A DNA stretch of 64,000 nt from Neodothiora populina (GCF_041146345.1 NW_027191415.1:434001-498000), one strand, 5' to 3'; shown: positions 1-13,335, counted from the first letter of the stretch. Numbers and translations are program-made. The notes: generated by a model from the letters alone, not told the origin.

Positions 1-3000
1 ACAATACAATAATCCACAATGGATCCAGTTGTGATCCTCTACGAGATAGCGCAATATGAGCCGTCAACACAACAACACTACTTGCATCAGTCTGCCTCTA
101 AATATTTGCGCAACGAATGCTGGGCAGGGGCCAAATCTCTCATGGGCAGGCGGCCCGATTCCTACGGTCATCAAAGTTGTCCCTGAGATCCTATGCTCCG
201 AGGAAGACCTGTGCCCAAGGACACAAGATTTTGATCTGGATGAGTGCTGTGTTGCGATGACAGGATGACCCCGAGAATGGTACCTCTTCACACACGATAA
301 GCGGTTGGGGCCGCTCCAGTCAGCGTCTGACTCAGCGTTGGTGCTATTCGCAAGACTACTGTACGCAAAAGCGACATGCTTGATCAGCGTGCCTGCATCA
401 GTGATACGAGTATAGGGAAAACGATGGTAGGTCATCTGCTCTCGACTTGCCTTTGGTGCCTAAAAGCTATCTGTTCCTGCTGGTCAGGCATACAACTACC
501 AGCTGCTGTAAATAGCCATTGCAAGCTCCCATCCTGTACAAGAATATCCATGTTGCAGATATACGTTTCTCTTCGAATAGTTCAGGAAGTGCATAGGTCC
601 TGACATCGGAGCTCAATACTGCCATCGAAACTCACCCCTTGCGCAAGTTAACGGTACAGGACAGAACGGCAGCGGTACAGGTACAGTACAGTACCTTGGT
701 ATGTGGAGTGTCGTTCCGAGGCGTATTTGGAGGGGAATGATGGTATGAATTGACATACTGTGGGTCGATACAAGTGTGCCGGTTGTAGTTGATACTTCAA
801 GGTCCTATCGAGCTACTTCTATGCGAGATCCGAAGAGGATTTTGGACATATTAAGTGTGCCTGTTGCGAATATGTAAGCCAGTCGAGTGTGGACTTGACA
901 TGTGGTGGGAAGAAAACCAGGCACGCAGCGCTCTATCGATTCACAAGTTGTTTTACAGATTTGCCGTGTAAGCCCTCGACCGTCGCCATGTCAATGAACA
1001 GCTTGCAACTCTATCGCTCCGGTAATCGGTGTCGATCCCCAGAGCGCTAGATTCGGTCTATTTCGTACATGATATGCCTTTCCGCCTCAGCAGACTACAC
1101 GTATCTTATACTCAAGAGTGAGTGTTCACCGCTGATCCGCAGCTTGGGATTGATTTGCGCATAAGGGAGCGACGTGGGCGGCGTTGTCAACACAAGGTAC
1201 GCCATGTAACGTACCTGATAAGGTGTAAACCAAGTTCGGCCAGCACCAAGAACATCTGGTCCTGACGATTTGTAAAGAAGCATATGAGGGGTTAGGTGGC
1301 TTGCGTAGTCATATAATGGGCAAGGGTGAGGTACAAGTACACAGGTAGCATGTAAATGTGTAGAGGTAGCAGGTCTAGGTCGCGACAAAATCTGATGGAA
1401 GCAGGATTTCTACCCATACGTAACTCAGGAGGCCTTCTTGTTGATCATTATGACCACTTGTGCTGTCGTGAAGAGCCATATGGCCTGAGCAGAGGCATAC
1501 GTTTGGACATGAGGCGACTGGAAGCTGTTGATGCTGAACTGAGCACACCGCCGAGGTGATTATATGTTATCTATATATACATATATAAGTGGTCAAAAGG
1601 GCAACCACAAGCAGCTTTAGCTCACTTGGGAGAGCGCCAGACTGAAGTTTACTTTGGTCCAAAGCATTCTGTGCGGTATCTGGAGGTACTGTGTTCGATC
1701 CACAGAAGCTGCACGTAAATTTTTGATTTCTTCTGATTTCTTTTTTGCTATATCTTTTGGCCGTCCATCTGTAAGGCGAGAGAGATTTGCTTCTTTTATG
1801 TAACAATATAACAGAGATGTAAAGCTACCTACCCATCGAGCCCACGATGCGTAGAATCCTTCGTAGCCAGGCGTCTACCCTCTGAACTCTTTTAGAAGCA
1901 TCACTGGCGAAGCCTATGTGCATAAAGCTCGATTTCTTTTCGCATAGCAGATAGGTACGCAAGATTAGACACTGTATTCTCATCATTGCGTGCTCATATT
2001 CTCCCGAGAATGCCATTGTTATGTTTCCTTATTCGACAGCTTGATCATTCATGCTTGGTTTGGCTCAAGCTCCTTCATTGGCCCAAATCCTTCGTCACCT
2101 TCGCTTGAGACCGCACTTTGCATGTTAGCGTCCAATCCTTCGGTTTTGTCTCAGGTGCACATGTAAAGTTCTGAGCCGAACGTCTTTCCCCAGCTCCCAC
2201 GTGTTAGTAGATATGCTGAACGCACCGCCGGAAGTCAATTTGCAAAAGCGCAATCCGCTGGCTCTAGCGCACGATCTCGTCTGCCCCCCGTCTTCCCACC
2301 AATGGCGCAATGTTGCTGACACCTCGTCCGCCATGCTAGCTGCCACAACAGTACAGGTACTCAGCTCGTTTAGGCCATTGCGATTTGCGGAATGACGCGT
2401 GTAGTACCTTTCGGAGCCGAATACGCCATACGGATTGGGAAAATATTGGTGACTTGTAGCTAATCAATTCTACCACCCCTCAATTCCTTGCCAATAATGG
2501 ACAGCTCAGAGGTTGCAGCAAGTGATGGGCAGAGATGCGCAACAAAGTTGGCCAGCAGATAGGCTCCCGAGAACGATTGCACTTTTATGCATTAATATGC
2601 ACTGATAAGCATACCATTTTCCCAGATGGGGATAATGCTTCTCCGAATGAAAGCTGTCGCGCGGAGGGAGAAAAGTGGAGGAGAGTGGAGAGTAGACTTT
2701 TCGGGGCCTTTTCCGGCGAGATATCCTTTCGCGCATATCGGCACTTTCTTCTGCCAAGGACATCATCAATGATATGGACCCACGCACTCCGGCCGCGCAC
2801 ACATCCTATCGTGCCTCAGGTAGCTAGCACAATGGTTAACAGGATTTCTTGCTCTTACGATTTTCCTATTCCAGCTGCTGAGAACGAGGATCAGAGGGCT
2901 TATCTAGTAACGTCAAGGGTCACGATTTCTGTCACCCACTGTGTAGCACTACCCTTCGCTCGCACCCTCAGCTGAGGCTTTCCGCCGACAGGCCGGAGTG

Positions 3001-3652
3001 GCGTAAGGGTGCAGTTCGCAGGTGCAGGGCCCTCCCACTAGTCAACCCTCAAGTCGTAATCGAGATGCGGCTAACATTGCTTGGAACGAGCAGAAGACTA
3101 CCGCGCGCCTCCGGGTTCTGAGGCGGGGTCCGTATGCGAGGAGCTGACTACTCTGTCCTCGAATATTGGCGTTGCTGATGCACTTGCCAGTACCTGACCG
3201 TCATCCAGTTGCGGACGTCACCTTCCACGGCGCCTGTTGGATATTCTAAGTCTCGAAGACGACATGATCGCTCACCATGGGTGAAGTATATCGAAAAAAT
3301 CATTTTGGTCTATACATTGGGTAATGATGTAGTGATATCCGAAAGAAAATAACTACAAGCGAGTAAATGAGCAGCGCTATCATGCAAGCCTCTCGGGTAT
3401 CTAGTGTCGTAAGCGTAATGATCGTCCATGTCTGTCCTGTTGGTTCTGTACAATATCTGACGAAGCGGAAACGAGAAATATTTCCGAGTGTCATTGCCTG
3501 AATGTGGCACTCCGGACCTTATTCTGCTCTGATCAACATCGAAACATGCTTTCCGTCTCGCCAATCTAGTCATGCCTTGCCCTTTCCAGATAACGCCTCG
3601 CCGGATCAATTCTATCTTCACCTGAATGGTGCCCATCCCGTGGCATGTGCTT

Positions 3653-5131
3653 TCACACGACACTCCACTTTTGCCGCACCTTCGTTATGACGCCTTCCGT
3701 AACAAGCCACTGTTCGAGTGATCGATCAGCGCGCCAGCTTTTCGGTTCCGGTACTTCGTTGCCTTCCTTTTTGTACTGCTCCATGTGCTTAGCAACATGC
3801 TCGATGCGTGCTTCCCAGCTACCACGCCCCGAGAAATTTGTGGAGCAAAACAGACATGCACTGGCGTTCGGAGGCTGGCGAAGGAGAACGTGACAGCGCT
3901 GCTCTGCCTTAAGCAGAGCGGGGTCTAAATCGTCACCTTTGCTTCCTTTTCCTAGTTTCTCGCCTCTCGACCCTGACTTGGTCGCCTTCGGTTCAGCTGG
4001 CTGAGGCTTTGAACCGTGGGATGAGCTCTGAGGGGGGCTCTGAGGGGGGTGCATTCGCTTCAAATGCTGAATAAAAAGATCTTTTCGGTTGAACTCGCGC
4101 TTGTTGTCTCGCTTGGGGCACTGATCGCATAACCATGCTTCCAGTCGTAGATGCTGAGTGTTGATGTGACGTTTCCATTCGTTCTTGGAAATGAACGAGG
4201 AACTGCAGCCGTAAGCCGCGATAGGACAAGGTAGAGCAGCGAACTTTGGGCCCTTCGTCTTGGTCTGGGCCACGGGAGAAGTAAATTCGAGTAATTGCTC
4301 CAGCGGCTGCGGCGGGCTTGCACGCGTCTGGGGCGAGGTGGAAGATGAGCCAGACTCCTTGACGTGTGGTTGAGGAGACATAGAGCACGTCGTTGTGCTC
4401 TCTGTTCGAGGTCTTGACATTGTCACTGTTTCGCTAGAAGTGAATGCTGAGTCGGTGACACTCTCCGGAGAACTATGAGGGCTGCAATACTCGGGTGATT
4501 CGTACTTCGCCACGTTCAAATCATCGGCAGTTTGGAACTGCCAACGTTGTGGCATCTCTGGCTGTAGGAGGGGGGCTTCGACATACACCAAGTCCATGCC
4601 TGTCGTTGGGAAGACCTCATGCATTGACACGCAGTTTGTACCGATGTAAGAGTTGAAACTTTGCATACTCCAAGACCCAGCATCGGTGAAGGGAACTTGG
4701 TATGTGGGCTCCGGTGAGAAGCCTGTACTTGACCCGGAAGATGACCATGCCGCGCTGCACGCATCGCCACTGATGCTGCTATGGTCAGACTCCCAAGGTG
4801 CAGTGCTGGGTGATAGTTGAGCGAGGTAGCCCATCTGCTGGAGACCACTCTGGAAATCGACTGTTGGTTGATCCACACCGGTGGTGAAGGGGGTGTTAAA
4901 GACCATGTTATACTTGACATCGTTCTCAAAAGTAGGATGCACATATTGAGGCATGAGTTGATCGTCTCCAATCATATAGCATGATTGGCTGTCAACCAGC
5001 ATCCCACGAGACTGACATGCGTTTGGAATTGGTACTGGAGCCTGTGTAGTATGTATGGACGACCTCGCTGGAGCGTTAGGCCGATAGCGGTATTGTACCG
5101 GCTGTGAATGGCTACGCGAATGTGCCATCAT
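3653..5131 (-). CDS. C2H2 zinc-finger transcription factor (single exon, 492 aa)
   Basis: Long ORF with S/P-rich N-terminus and C-terminal fingers CPIAAYGC..SKNEWKRHINTQH, CDQC..FNRKDLFIQHLKRMH and CLFC..WEARIEHVAKH. Confidence 0.88.
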   Translation of the reverse strand: MMAHSRSHSQPVQYRYRPNAPARSSIHTTQAPVPIPNACQSRGMLVDSQSCYMIGDDQLMPQYVHPTFENDVKYNMVFNTPFTTGVDQPTVDFQSGLQQMGYLAQLSPSTAPWESDHSSISGDACSAAWSSSGSSTGFSPEPTYQVPFTDAGSWSMQSFNSYIGTNCVSMHEVFPTTGMDLVYVEAPLLQPEMPQRWQFQTADDLNVAKYESPEYCSPHSSPESVTDSAFTSSETVTMSRPRTESTTTCSMSPQPHVKESGSSSTSPQTRASPPQPLEQLLEFTSPVAQTKTKGPKFAALPCPIAAYGCSSSFISKNEWKRHINTQHLRLEAWLCDQCPKRDNKREFNRKDLFIQHLKRMHPPQSPPQSSSHGSKPQPAEPKATKSGSRGEKLGKGSKGDDLDPALLKAEQRCHVLLRQPPNASACLFCSTNFSGRGSWEARIEHVAKHMEQYKKEGNEVPEPKSWRADRSLEQWLVTEGVITKVRQKWSVV

Positions 5132-7762
5132 GAGCAGTGATGGTCTGCTTCAGACGTTGGATTCTTTATCGTGGGAAAGTGAGGAATGAGAAATGTTTAG
5201 AATAGATTGATGAGTGGAACTTGATGAAGATCTGAGAGTGTTTCATATGTCAAAGTCGAGGATGCCCGGGTCTATTCATATGCAAAGGATCGGGGCCCAT
5301 GAGGTTAGGCAGGACTAGTACGAGAGGCAGGATCAGAGGCAGTGTACAAGGTTTACGTGTATCCATTTATGGTTGGGGCTGGACATTGTGCATGACTGAT
5401 CCACAGCTAGATATCAGTGGGCGGCGGCGTTCGCTAGCTGATCATGATCGTGGGGCAATGTCTGAGCTTACCCTGCCGGAACATGAAAGACCTCGACGTG
5501 ACGATTTGCACGAGGGGGACGTGATACTGTAGCATGCCGGCATGCGCCGCTGGGTCGTGCATCCTCAGAGATCTTAGACTTCCCAACTTTAGGCGTGCCG
5601 GGTTCCCATCTACATACCGGTTGGCTAGTGTCAGCGAATGGGCGAAAGTATATCCAGACCTGCAGGGTGTACGAGTGTAGCGGTACATTTCTGATCCAAT
5701 GAGTGTACTGTATGAACTTAGGTTGAATGTGGAAAGTGAGGAGCAAAAGCTGCATCGACCTACCAATCATGGGGTGCGCCACTCCATCGGGGGCTCAGAC
5801 CCCTGTAGCCTGTTTATTGATAGCACCCTACAAGGTAAGACTCGAACATCTACAGTACTAACAAGCCAAACTGTCCTAACGGTCGACGGTTGAGTTCTTC
5901 GCCAAGATTGTGTTGTACAGTCGGGCGTTCGTAAGACAACGCTACCTTAGACGAGTATGATCAGGTACAGCCCAAATGCGTGTTCAGGAACATGGCAGAC
6001 GTGGGAGTTTTTCCATCAAACAGGATCGTGGTATATTCATTGGCCATTATCGCCAGGGCAGGCACTCGACAGCGTTGGCCAGGATGCATGTGGATCGTTC
6101 GACTGTTATGTCGTTCCTCTCGACTTGCGCTGCCTCGATCCGGTCCCCACAGTTCACTTTGGCTGCCGAGACCTGTGGTAAGTTACAGGAACGTGGCACC
6201 CGTTGGAACCAGTGCATTGTTCCAACGCCCCACAAGCGAACCCGTTCAGTATCTCAGCCCTAAGAGATTGAAGTGCCTCTCCTCAGCAGATATACCAGTG
6301 AACTATAACACCTCTTGCTGACTCGGTCAACGGGAAAGCCACTACATCTGTGAAGGTTCATGGTCGACTACACCGTTGTACAATCATGCACGTGGTTTTC
6401 TCAGCGGTCTCGAAACGCCATCCGAACACGAGGTTGGCAAGCTGAAGCGTGTCTGTCCCGTGCCTTCTTGATGAGTATCTGTCAGGACTCTGGCTGATGC
6501 AAGATCCCCCTCAGCAGCGAACGCAGTCCGGTGCATTCCAATTTACAACTTATCTGCTGTAGAGGCATTTGCGGCCTTTGCGGCCGTAGCGAGGCATTAT
6601 GAATCAGCAAAGGTAATGGATCATACCACCTTGCATACTGCAATGCATGCAAAGTGGGCCGCACTGCAACACATTTCAAATCATGCTCGCAGGAGATCCG
6701 TATCGCGTCTCTGATCACTGTCAAGGCAGCTATCGCATGGAGATAAGACGACATCTCTGGTCGCCCATGGTTTTCTTTCAACGCGAACCGACTTCTTCAA
6801 ATGGTGGCCCTCTTGGCATGCTCAGCTACTGCATCATTTCATATAGAACGGATACAATAGGGACTCAGGTAGACCTATGAATGACTTCGCTTCGATGCGG
6901 GTGTCGTAGCAAGCTGAGTAAGAGCATATATGGTAGCTTCGTCCCTCACACGTGTACATAATGCCTATTCATTTATCACTCTTCCATGCTCGTTGATAAA
7001 CTCGATCTGCTACAACGCCAGAAGCCAACCTGTACGTCAGTCTGAGCATGATCGCCCTACACTCGGGTCTGGGAGAATGCATGCTGCTGCACAGGATGTC
7101 GTACGACTGCTAGCTTTCCATGTGCCCCGAAAGCCCCTTTGCTTTTCCAATCTTGCTTCTATCTGTGATATGCACCTTCAAGGATGTTTCTCTGCTGCTG
7201 ACACAACGTCTACAAAGGCTAGGGAGTATCCCACGTGCGTACCACCAGGTCGGTAACCTCTCTGATATGGTACGGTGCTGGCCGCCACCCTATTTCCAGA
7301 ACGCAGGACACCTGGCCCAACTTTCGTCCGCCTGAAGGATCGTTCTCTCGGATGACTGCTCGGACTTGTACAGTAGACCCAGGTCGCACGTGGCCAACAC
7401 TGGATCTGTATATCCTTGTCGCGCACCAACAGATGCTCTCCGCCTTCTCGACTTTTATCGGCGTTAACGACAACATGCATTATCGAAGCGATGCATATCC
7501 AACATTGCTAAAATATTCATAGTCGACCCTACAAGTCTTTTCTGTGCTACGAAAGAGTGATTGGCCGACTGTTTCCGACCGCAAATTTGTTGTTGGGTGT
7601 TTCGCGCACTCCGATTCGTTCGATATTTTATGCAGTCTTGTTACACCAACACTTACGCGCGGATGATGTATTTCCAGCACGATATTACGAACTTCATGTC
7701 AACAGTAGCCTGGATCATCATGCGATCCAGCATAGACGCTTTTGAACGAGCGAATGCTTGAT

Positions 7763-9437
7763 CTAGACAAAGTCAAGTATCTCGTTCGCTTGTCGCATGA
7801 CCTCCTGCTCGCCTGCAGTCTCGGCTTCTTCGACATTCCACCGCTCGAGTCCCATGGCTCTCAAGCCTCGCGATCCACCAACTCTTGCAATGTCCTCAGA
7901 TGTCGCAACACCAACATGGCTCGACTCCCCGACGCCACCGGGGAAGTCTGGCGAGGGAGTTCCTGTACCCTTATCAACGGTGGGATCATCTACTTGATTC
8001 GAGTGATCTTACCTTGTAAGAAGCATTGCCTCTGTCTGTGTAGGTAAGCTGCGTTCCCGACAGTCAAAGGACAAGCAGGTATGTACAGCACCGAACTGTC
8101 TGCCTTGCCTTGGTGTATTGAGTCAACAGCGTGTATGCCATCGCAGTGCCATACAACGTAATCGCCCGGCTGAACAGTGGGAACATGAATCATGGTAGAA
8201 GCAAGGTCAAGGTGAGGGTGTAATAGAGTGCTCAGCTCCTGGCCTCTGCCGAGATTAGCACCCTGAAGCCACGAAGATGTTGGGGACTCGAGTGTCCAGT
8301 TGTCCGGTGACAAATATTCGTGAGCAGAGATGCTTCCGGCCTTGCTACCTGCCTCGGAAGCGGGTGGAGGTGTTTTTGCAGTGAAGAAAGGCCGGAGCAA
8401 CATGTACGCAGTAGACAGCTGCAGAAGAGGATTAACAAGCAATGTACCTTCAAAAGCGCTGGTTTGCGACATGCTCAGCCAACCTTGAGCCATGCGGAAG
8501 GCGCTGCAGGCACCTTGACCTTGGTAGAGATCAGAATTCACTGGAAGACGACAGCTAGACTCCCAAGGATCGTACTCCTCCCATTTGCCCTTCCAGATCT
8601 TATCATAGACCTCCCCTTTACCATATCCCTGTTCCTCCCAGCGTTCGCAGCTTCCACCGTCTATATGGGGGCCTAACAAGTGTCAGCAGATGTGTCGGCT
8701 CTTCCGGTCGTCTTGACATACCTAACGCAAATTTGGCATCACCCGGTTGGCGCATACGTAATCGATCGCAGTAGGTGATCGGTCGTGATGATATCAGCGC
8801 GTTGGAATCCTTCGAGTGCCAATAGCTGAGAAGGAATTGCTGTGTTTTCAGCAGATTCGGGTGAGCTCGAGCACGAATCTGCGTTCTTGACCAGTACAAT
8901 TCGAAGACTTGGGGATTATCTGCAGGAAAGGCTAGATGATTTCGGTCAGAGATTGATAAAATTGCTGTTTTCGAGTAGGCACTTGCCTTTGGTCTGAGGA
9001 TTCGCCCTGACGTATTCTCGAAGATCTGACTTCATCTGGGCGACCTCACTTTGTTCTATGACACCTTTGACTATTGCACAGCCACGTTTCCTGTATTCTT
9101 CGCTGAAATTCCTCGGTGGTTCGCCAATGTCGTTGTAGTCTATCTGCGGTATGACGGCAGATCCTACGTGTTTGATGGTTTCGACTTCGTCCCTCAAACG
9201 CAATAGCAATCGATCCCAAGAAGCTTTCACTTCTTCTTCGTGACCCTTGATTAGCTTGCTCTTCACCCTCGCAAATCGAGGTTCTAGTGCTTCGAACTGC
9301 TGTCCAGATAAGGACGCAAACGAATCCGCAATGGTGCCTTCTTTCTTCGCATGGACACTAGTCGCAACAGTTCGCACCTGTGTCACTTTCCTAAGCCTGC
9401 TTAAGTAAGGCAAGACTCGAACCGTGGTACTCAACAT
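7763..9437 (-). CDS. DUF1479 (Gig2/YbiU-like) putative Fe(II)-oxygenase-fold protein with probable mitochondrial presequence; 4 exons
   Basis: ORFs 8946-9437, 8618-8899 and 7990-8679 join via introns 8932-8986 (GC-AG), 8673-8721 and 7963-8012. Motifs YCDRLRMRQPGD, LGPHIDGGSCERWE, WHCDGIHAVD and PSPDFPGG; stop TAG at 7763-7765. Confidence 0.85.
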
Positions 9438-9691
9438 ATTGGTGATAAGACGGTGCAGATGCAGATTTCACAGATAATATAATGAGAGCATGTGAAGATT
9501 TTCGCATACTCCAATCTCATCGTGTCGTCGACTCTTTATATGGTACTCAAACGATTGGTCTTCTTACTCCGTCACCATTGGAAATCGGTGATTTCTACTT
9601 TTGGTAGCTCCGAACTGCCCTCCGCACCATTCAAACATGGGGTAAATCTAAAATGGTATTGATTGACGTAACAATGGATCTTCGTAGCCAG

Positions 9692-9703
9692 ACCCCGCGG
9701 GGT
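9692..9703. promoter_or_regulatory. Perfect palindrome ACCCCGCGGGGT, containing a CreA/Mig1-type SYGGRG site on each strand
   Basis: Seen directly in the divergent intergenic region between the DUF1479 gene and the TF; function inferred from the consensus only. Confidence 0.35.
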
Positions 9704-10117
9704 ATGTGTAATGCCTGTAGGTCTTCATGGAGTGAGGGACTGGTAGGGTGAAGTACTGTACAGCACCGGAACTATCTTAGCATTCATAAAGCTACTTGGG
9801 GGGTATACAAAGAGCTGGGCTTACATGCCACTTCTAGTACGGACTAGCCATTGCATCGTGTCAGATGGGAGAAGTCTGTGTCACCGCTGAATTGATTACT
9901 GGATAGCTCATAGAAAGGTCTTCAACATCTCCAGTGCGTAGACTCGATTTGGTGGCCTCGAATACTTTTGGAGCCGGCCAATATGCCGACGGTGGTGGAA
10001 ACCATTGCCAAGGCCTTCCAAGCTCCGCTCTAGCGTGTCGTCGCAATCGCCCATTACAGACATGCACCCGCGCTTTCACCTCCGACAACTGGATGGCGGT
10101 GCACCGGATACATCAGA

Positions 10118-12126
10118 ATGGACTTCACATTTCTAATCAATGGCGAGCACGAGAGTCGTAAGCGGAGGACTGTGCAGGGAGCTTGTGAGACATGCAAAAA
10201 GCGCAAGGTGAGGCAATCGCGCCCACACATGACACGTGAGACGACACGTTGAACGGGTAGTTACAGAAACGATGCACACATCACTCTACGCAGAGTCAGG
10301 CCGATGAAGAAATATACGGTGAAGCCTCGAATTATAGTCCATCCTCTAGAGGAAGGTCTAGCATTCGAGGCACCCAAGACACAAAGATAGAGGTCGAACG
10401 CTACGATGGTCCGCCACACGAGCGGCAAGCAGAAAGTCGAAAACGTAGACGTACATCGACACCACCTCCCATGACCCGCTTTGTTGGCGATCTCAATCCG
10501 GAAGCAAGTATGATCGCGGAAACACAGGCATCTAGGGCGCCGAGTCGTGACCGGCATAATCTAGGAATATGGTTGCAACACGATCAAAAGGATCAGATCG
10601 ATGTATCAGAGCGTACGTTGGGGAGATCCCATGACTTTCGTGCCAAAGAGCGGCCCTCTACGTGGACTTCTGATGGGGCGAGTTCCAAATCTCTGCTGCC
10701 TGACCCGGTGGCGCAAATGGCGCTCATGGACATTTACTTTGCGAGGATTCATCCAATACTACCCATCTTGGATGAGCACCAGATGAGAAGAGATTGCATT
10801 AACGGGACTGCATCCCCTATCGTCAAACAAGCCATGTTCCTAGCCACGTCCAAAGATGCGAGAGCTAGACCGCATCTTAACCTAGGAGGCATTCCGCCAT
10901 CACCTCTTCCACCCATGCAGTTCTCTTCGCGTCTGCACGATGATCTCCTGGAAGCGATTGCGCAAGGCCGCGAACGTGATCGCGTTCGGCTTATCCAGGT
11001 GCTCGCGCTGCTATGTCTCCATTCAGGGCGGGGACCAACCGGTGTTGAGGATGCTTCTCTGCACCTAGCTCAAGCTGTCCATCACGCCCATACGATCGGA
11101 TTACATCTTGGCAGATCCAAGGGCTATCGCAAGGTATATGACAAATTGTTCTGGTGCTTATGGACGCTTTCTGTATGGAATGCTGCAAGCAGTGGGAGAC
11201 CTCGACTTATCAATGATCGAGACGTTGGACTCAAGGTAGAGGATGTTCTTGACAGTTGCCATCCAGCTTTTCGAGTGAATCTTGCGACGACCCGCATCTT
11301 GTCACGGGTCATTGAACTCTACCAGCCCACAGCAGATCCCGAAGTCAGTGGATTGGATGATGACTTCCCCAGCTTTGAGTACATCCTACACCAGAACCAA
11401 GGTTGGGATATAGAGCCTTCATTACAGACAAGTCTCGAGCTTTGTTACAACGCGGTCTGCATATTGTCCTTCCGCACGCGAAGCACAGATGAGGGATACG
11501 TAGAAAAACATACGCCCTCGAGTCTACGACAAGCTCTGTCCGCGCAGCATGTGATGAGCATACTAAAGCATACGCCTCTCCAGTCATTAATACCACTTTT
11601 CGGGGTGCCTTATGCAATCTCACTCGCAATGTCGCAGACGTATCGTCAATTACGACGCAGTCGGACGAGTCTCAAGCGAGCTATCGCGCAAGAGCAGCTA
11701 GAATGTTACGTTAATGCCTTGGAAGATCTAAGCGAGCACTATCAATCCGCATCTACAATGGCAGGAATCGGAAGGAAAGTCTTGACGCAGATACAACGAC
11801 TAAAAGAAACAGCGGCACTTCAAGCGCAAGACACGGTACAGCTTGATTATACACAGGGTACAAGCTCGCAGTCTCAGAATCGTAGTGCAAGCTCTTTCGG
11901 TCATGGTGGCGCGCAAAGGGTAATTCCTCAGCAGAGCCACAGCGTGGTCCAGCCATACAAAGAAGTAAATGACTTTGGTAAATTTCCAGGTCTACTGAAT
12001 GAGGACGGTACCTTGCAGGCTATGGACACGCTTTTCGACACCTTCATGGGCCTTGATTTGCCTAACGAGCTATTCACCGCTTCGTTAGCGAATGACCCGG
12101 CCAGTATGGAGTTTGCCTCTGTATAG
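10118..12126 (+). CDS. Fungal-specific transcription factor (Fungal_trans/middle homology region) with truncated Zn-cluster N-terminus; 2 exons
   Basis: Exon 1 10118-10207 (MDFTFLING..KRRTVQGACETCKKRK), intron 10208-10266, exon 2 in frame with the ORF at 10471. Motifs RFVGDLNPE, YFARIHPILPILD, LAQAVHHAHTIGLHL and LFWCLW. Confidence 0.85.
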
Positions 12127-13333
12127 CGCAGCCGGAAATGTCTCCGAAGACACTTATGACATGCAGCGTATCTACTGGTCCACTTTTCGGCGAAAACCTT
12201 TTATGAAAACCTTCTACCACGTCTGAATGGAACACTGCTCGGTTGGCACAAAGCGCTTAGGGTCTGCTCAGCGATCTAGCTAACTTTACTTTATCTGCAG
12301 ATAGGCGAGATTGACAGCCACCGAATTTAAGCTTTGAGATAGCCGAGACTACAGACGCCACATTTGCCTAATACAGCAGTGGTTGAAGTGATTGCCAGTC
12401 GTTGATGTTCTCGTCGTGCAGTTGCATGGACCTCTACCAGTCGCGTCCCGAAAGATGAGAACTGACTTATCGAGCTAAATGTTCGCACTTTTGAATCCTA
12501 CGGGTATGATACGAGCTAAGCGGGACCCCACACGATCTCCCAACTTTGACTTATGTATCAAGATGGCGCTTTTCCATCCATGGTATGGACAAGTATCCTA
12601 GCGATCATTGGTCTATGCTATTCCCGCGTTCCATGCAGTACCCATCTGCAGCATTGACTCTACATATCTGCTCCGGTGTACAGTAAATTGTCTGTCAAGA
12701 GACAAGTGCAGTAAGTTCCTCGGAGAACCCGGAGAGGCTCGGGCTAGCCTCGTAGCAAAGAAAGTGTAGGTTTTAATACAGGCATATCAACATTATGGGT
12801 CTGACCGGGCATCTCAACACCTGCTGAGCAAACGACTTGAATGAAAATGCTTATCGACAACACTTCATCGCAGCAACGACCATGTCTTGATATCGGATGA
12901 TATAGATCTGTACAAGAAGGTCTGGACAATTAGCCCGAACGCCATTGCTTCCACAATGCAAGTAACCCACAAGTGTTGTCCTGATTGAGCGACACCGGTA
13001 CTGTACCCGAGAGGAGGGTCCAGGTTATTATGCTAGGCACGACCCTCAGACTTTACTGCAATTTGCGATTTGGGCTTGTGTGCTACGCCGCTATCAGTGG
13101 CCTAGCCTCTGTATACCGACACCTAGATGCTCTCCGCTAGCCCAGCACTTGACTACCGGAGGATTCTACATCATTCGGTCCCCCCTTAAAGCCTGGTCGT
13201 CGCTTCCTTACAAGCTTTCGATATTTTCAGGTACTAAGTAGAACAACACCCATAAGCAAGAACACTTCAGTGGAGAGTGCACACTAGTATCCTTCGGCAG
13301 AGAATTACAAGCTGAACAAACAAGCCTCGATCT

Positions 13334-13335
<2 letters not shown>

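Noticed and set aside
1..3650. Short ORFs in the first 3.6 kb (e.g. 64-435, 2535-2975, and a 55-codon ORF from ATG at 19)
   Set aside because: No recognisable motifs, coding-like composition or consistent splice pattern; treated as intergenic, though a small or degenerate gene cannot be excluded.
5132..7760. Numerous 60-110 aa ORFs upstream of the C2H2 TF
   Set aside because: Overlapping, with random-looking translations; consistent with a long TF promoter or UTR.
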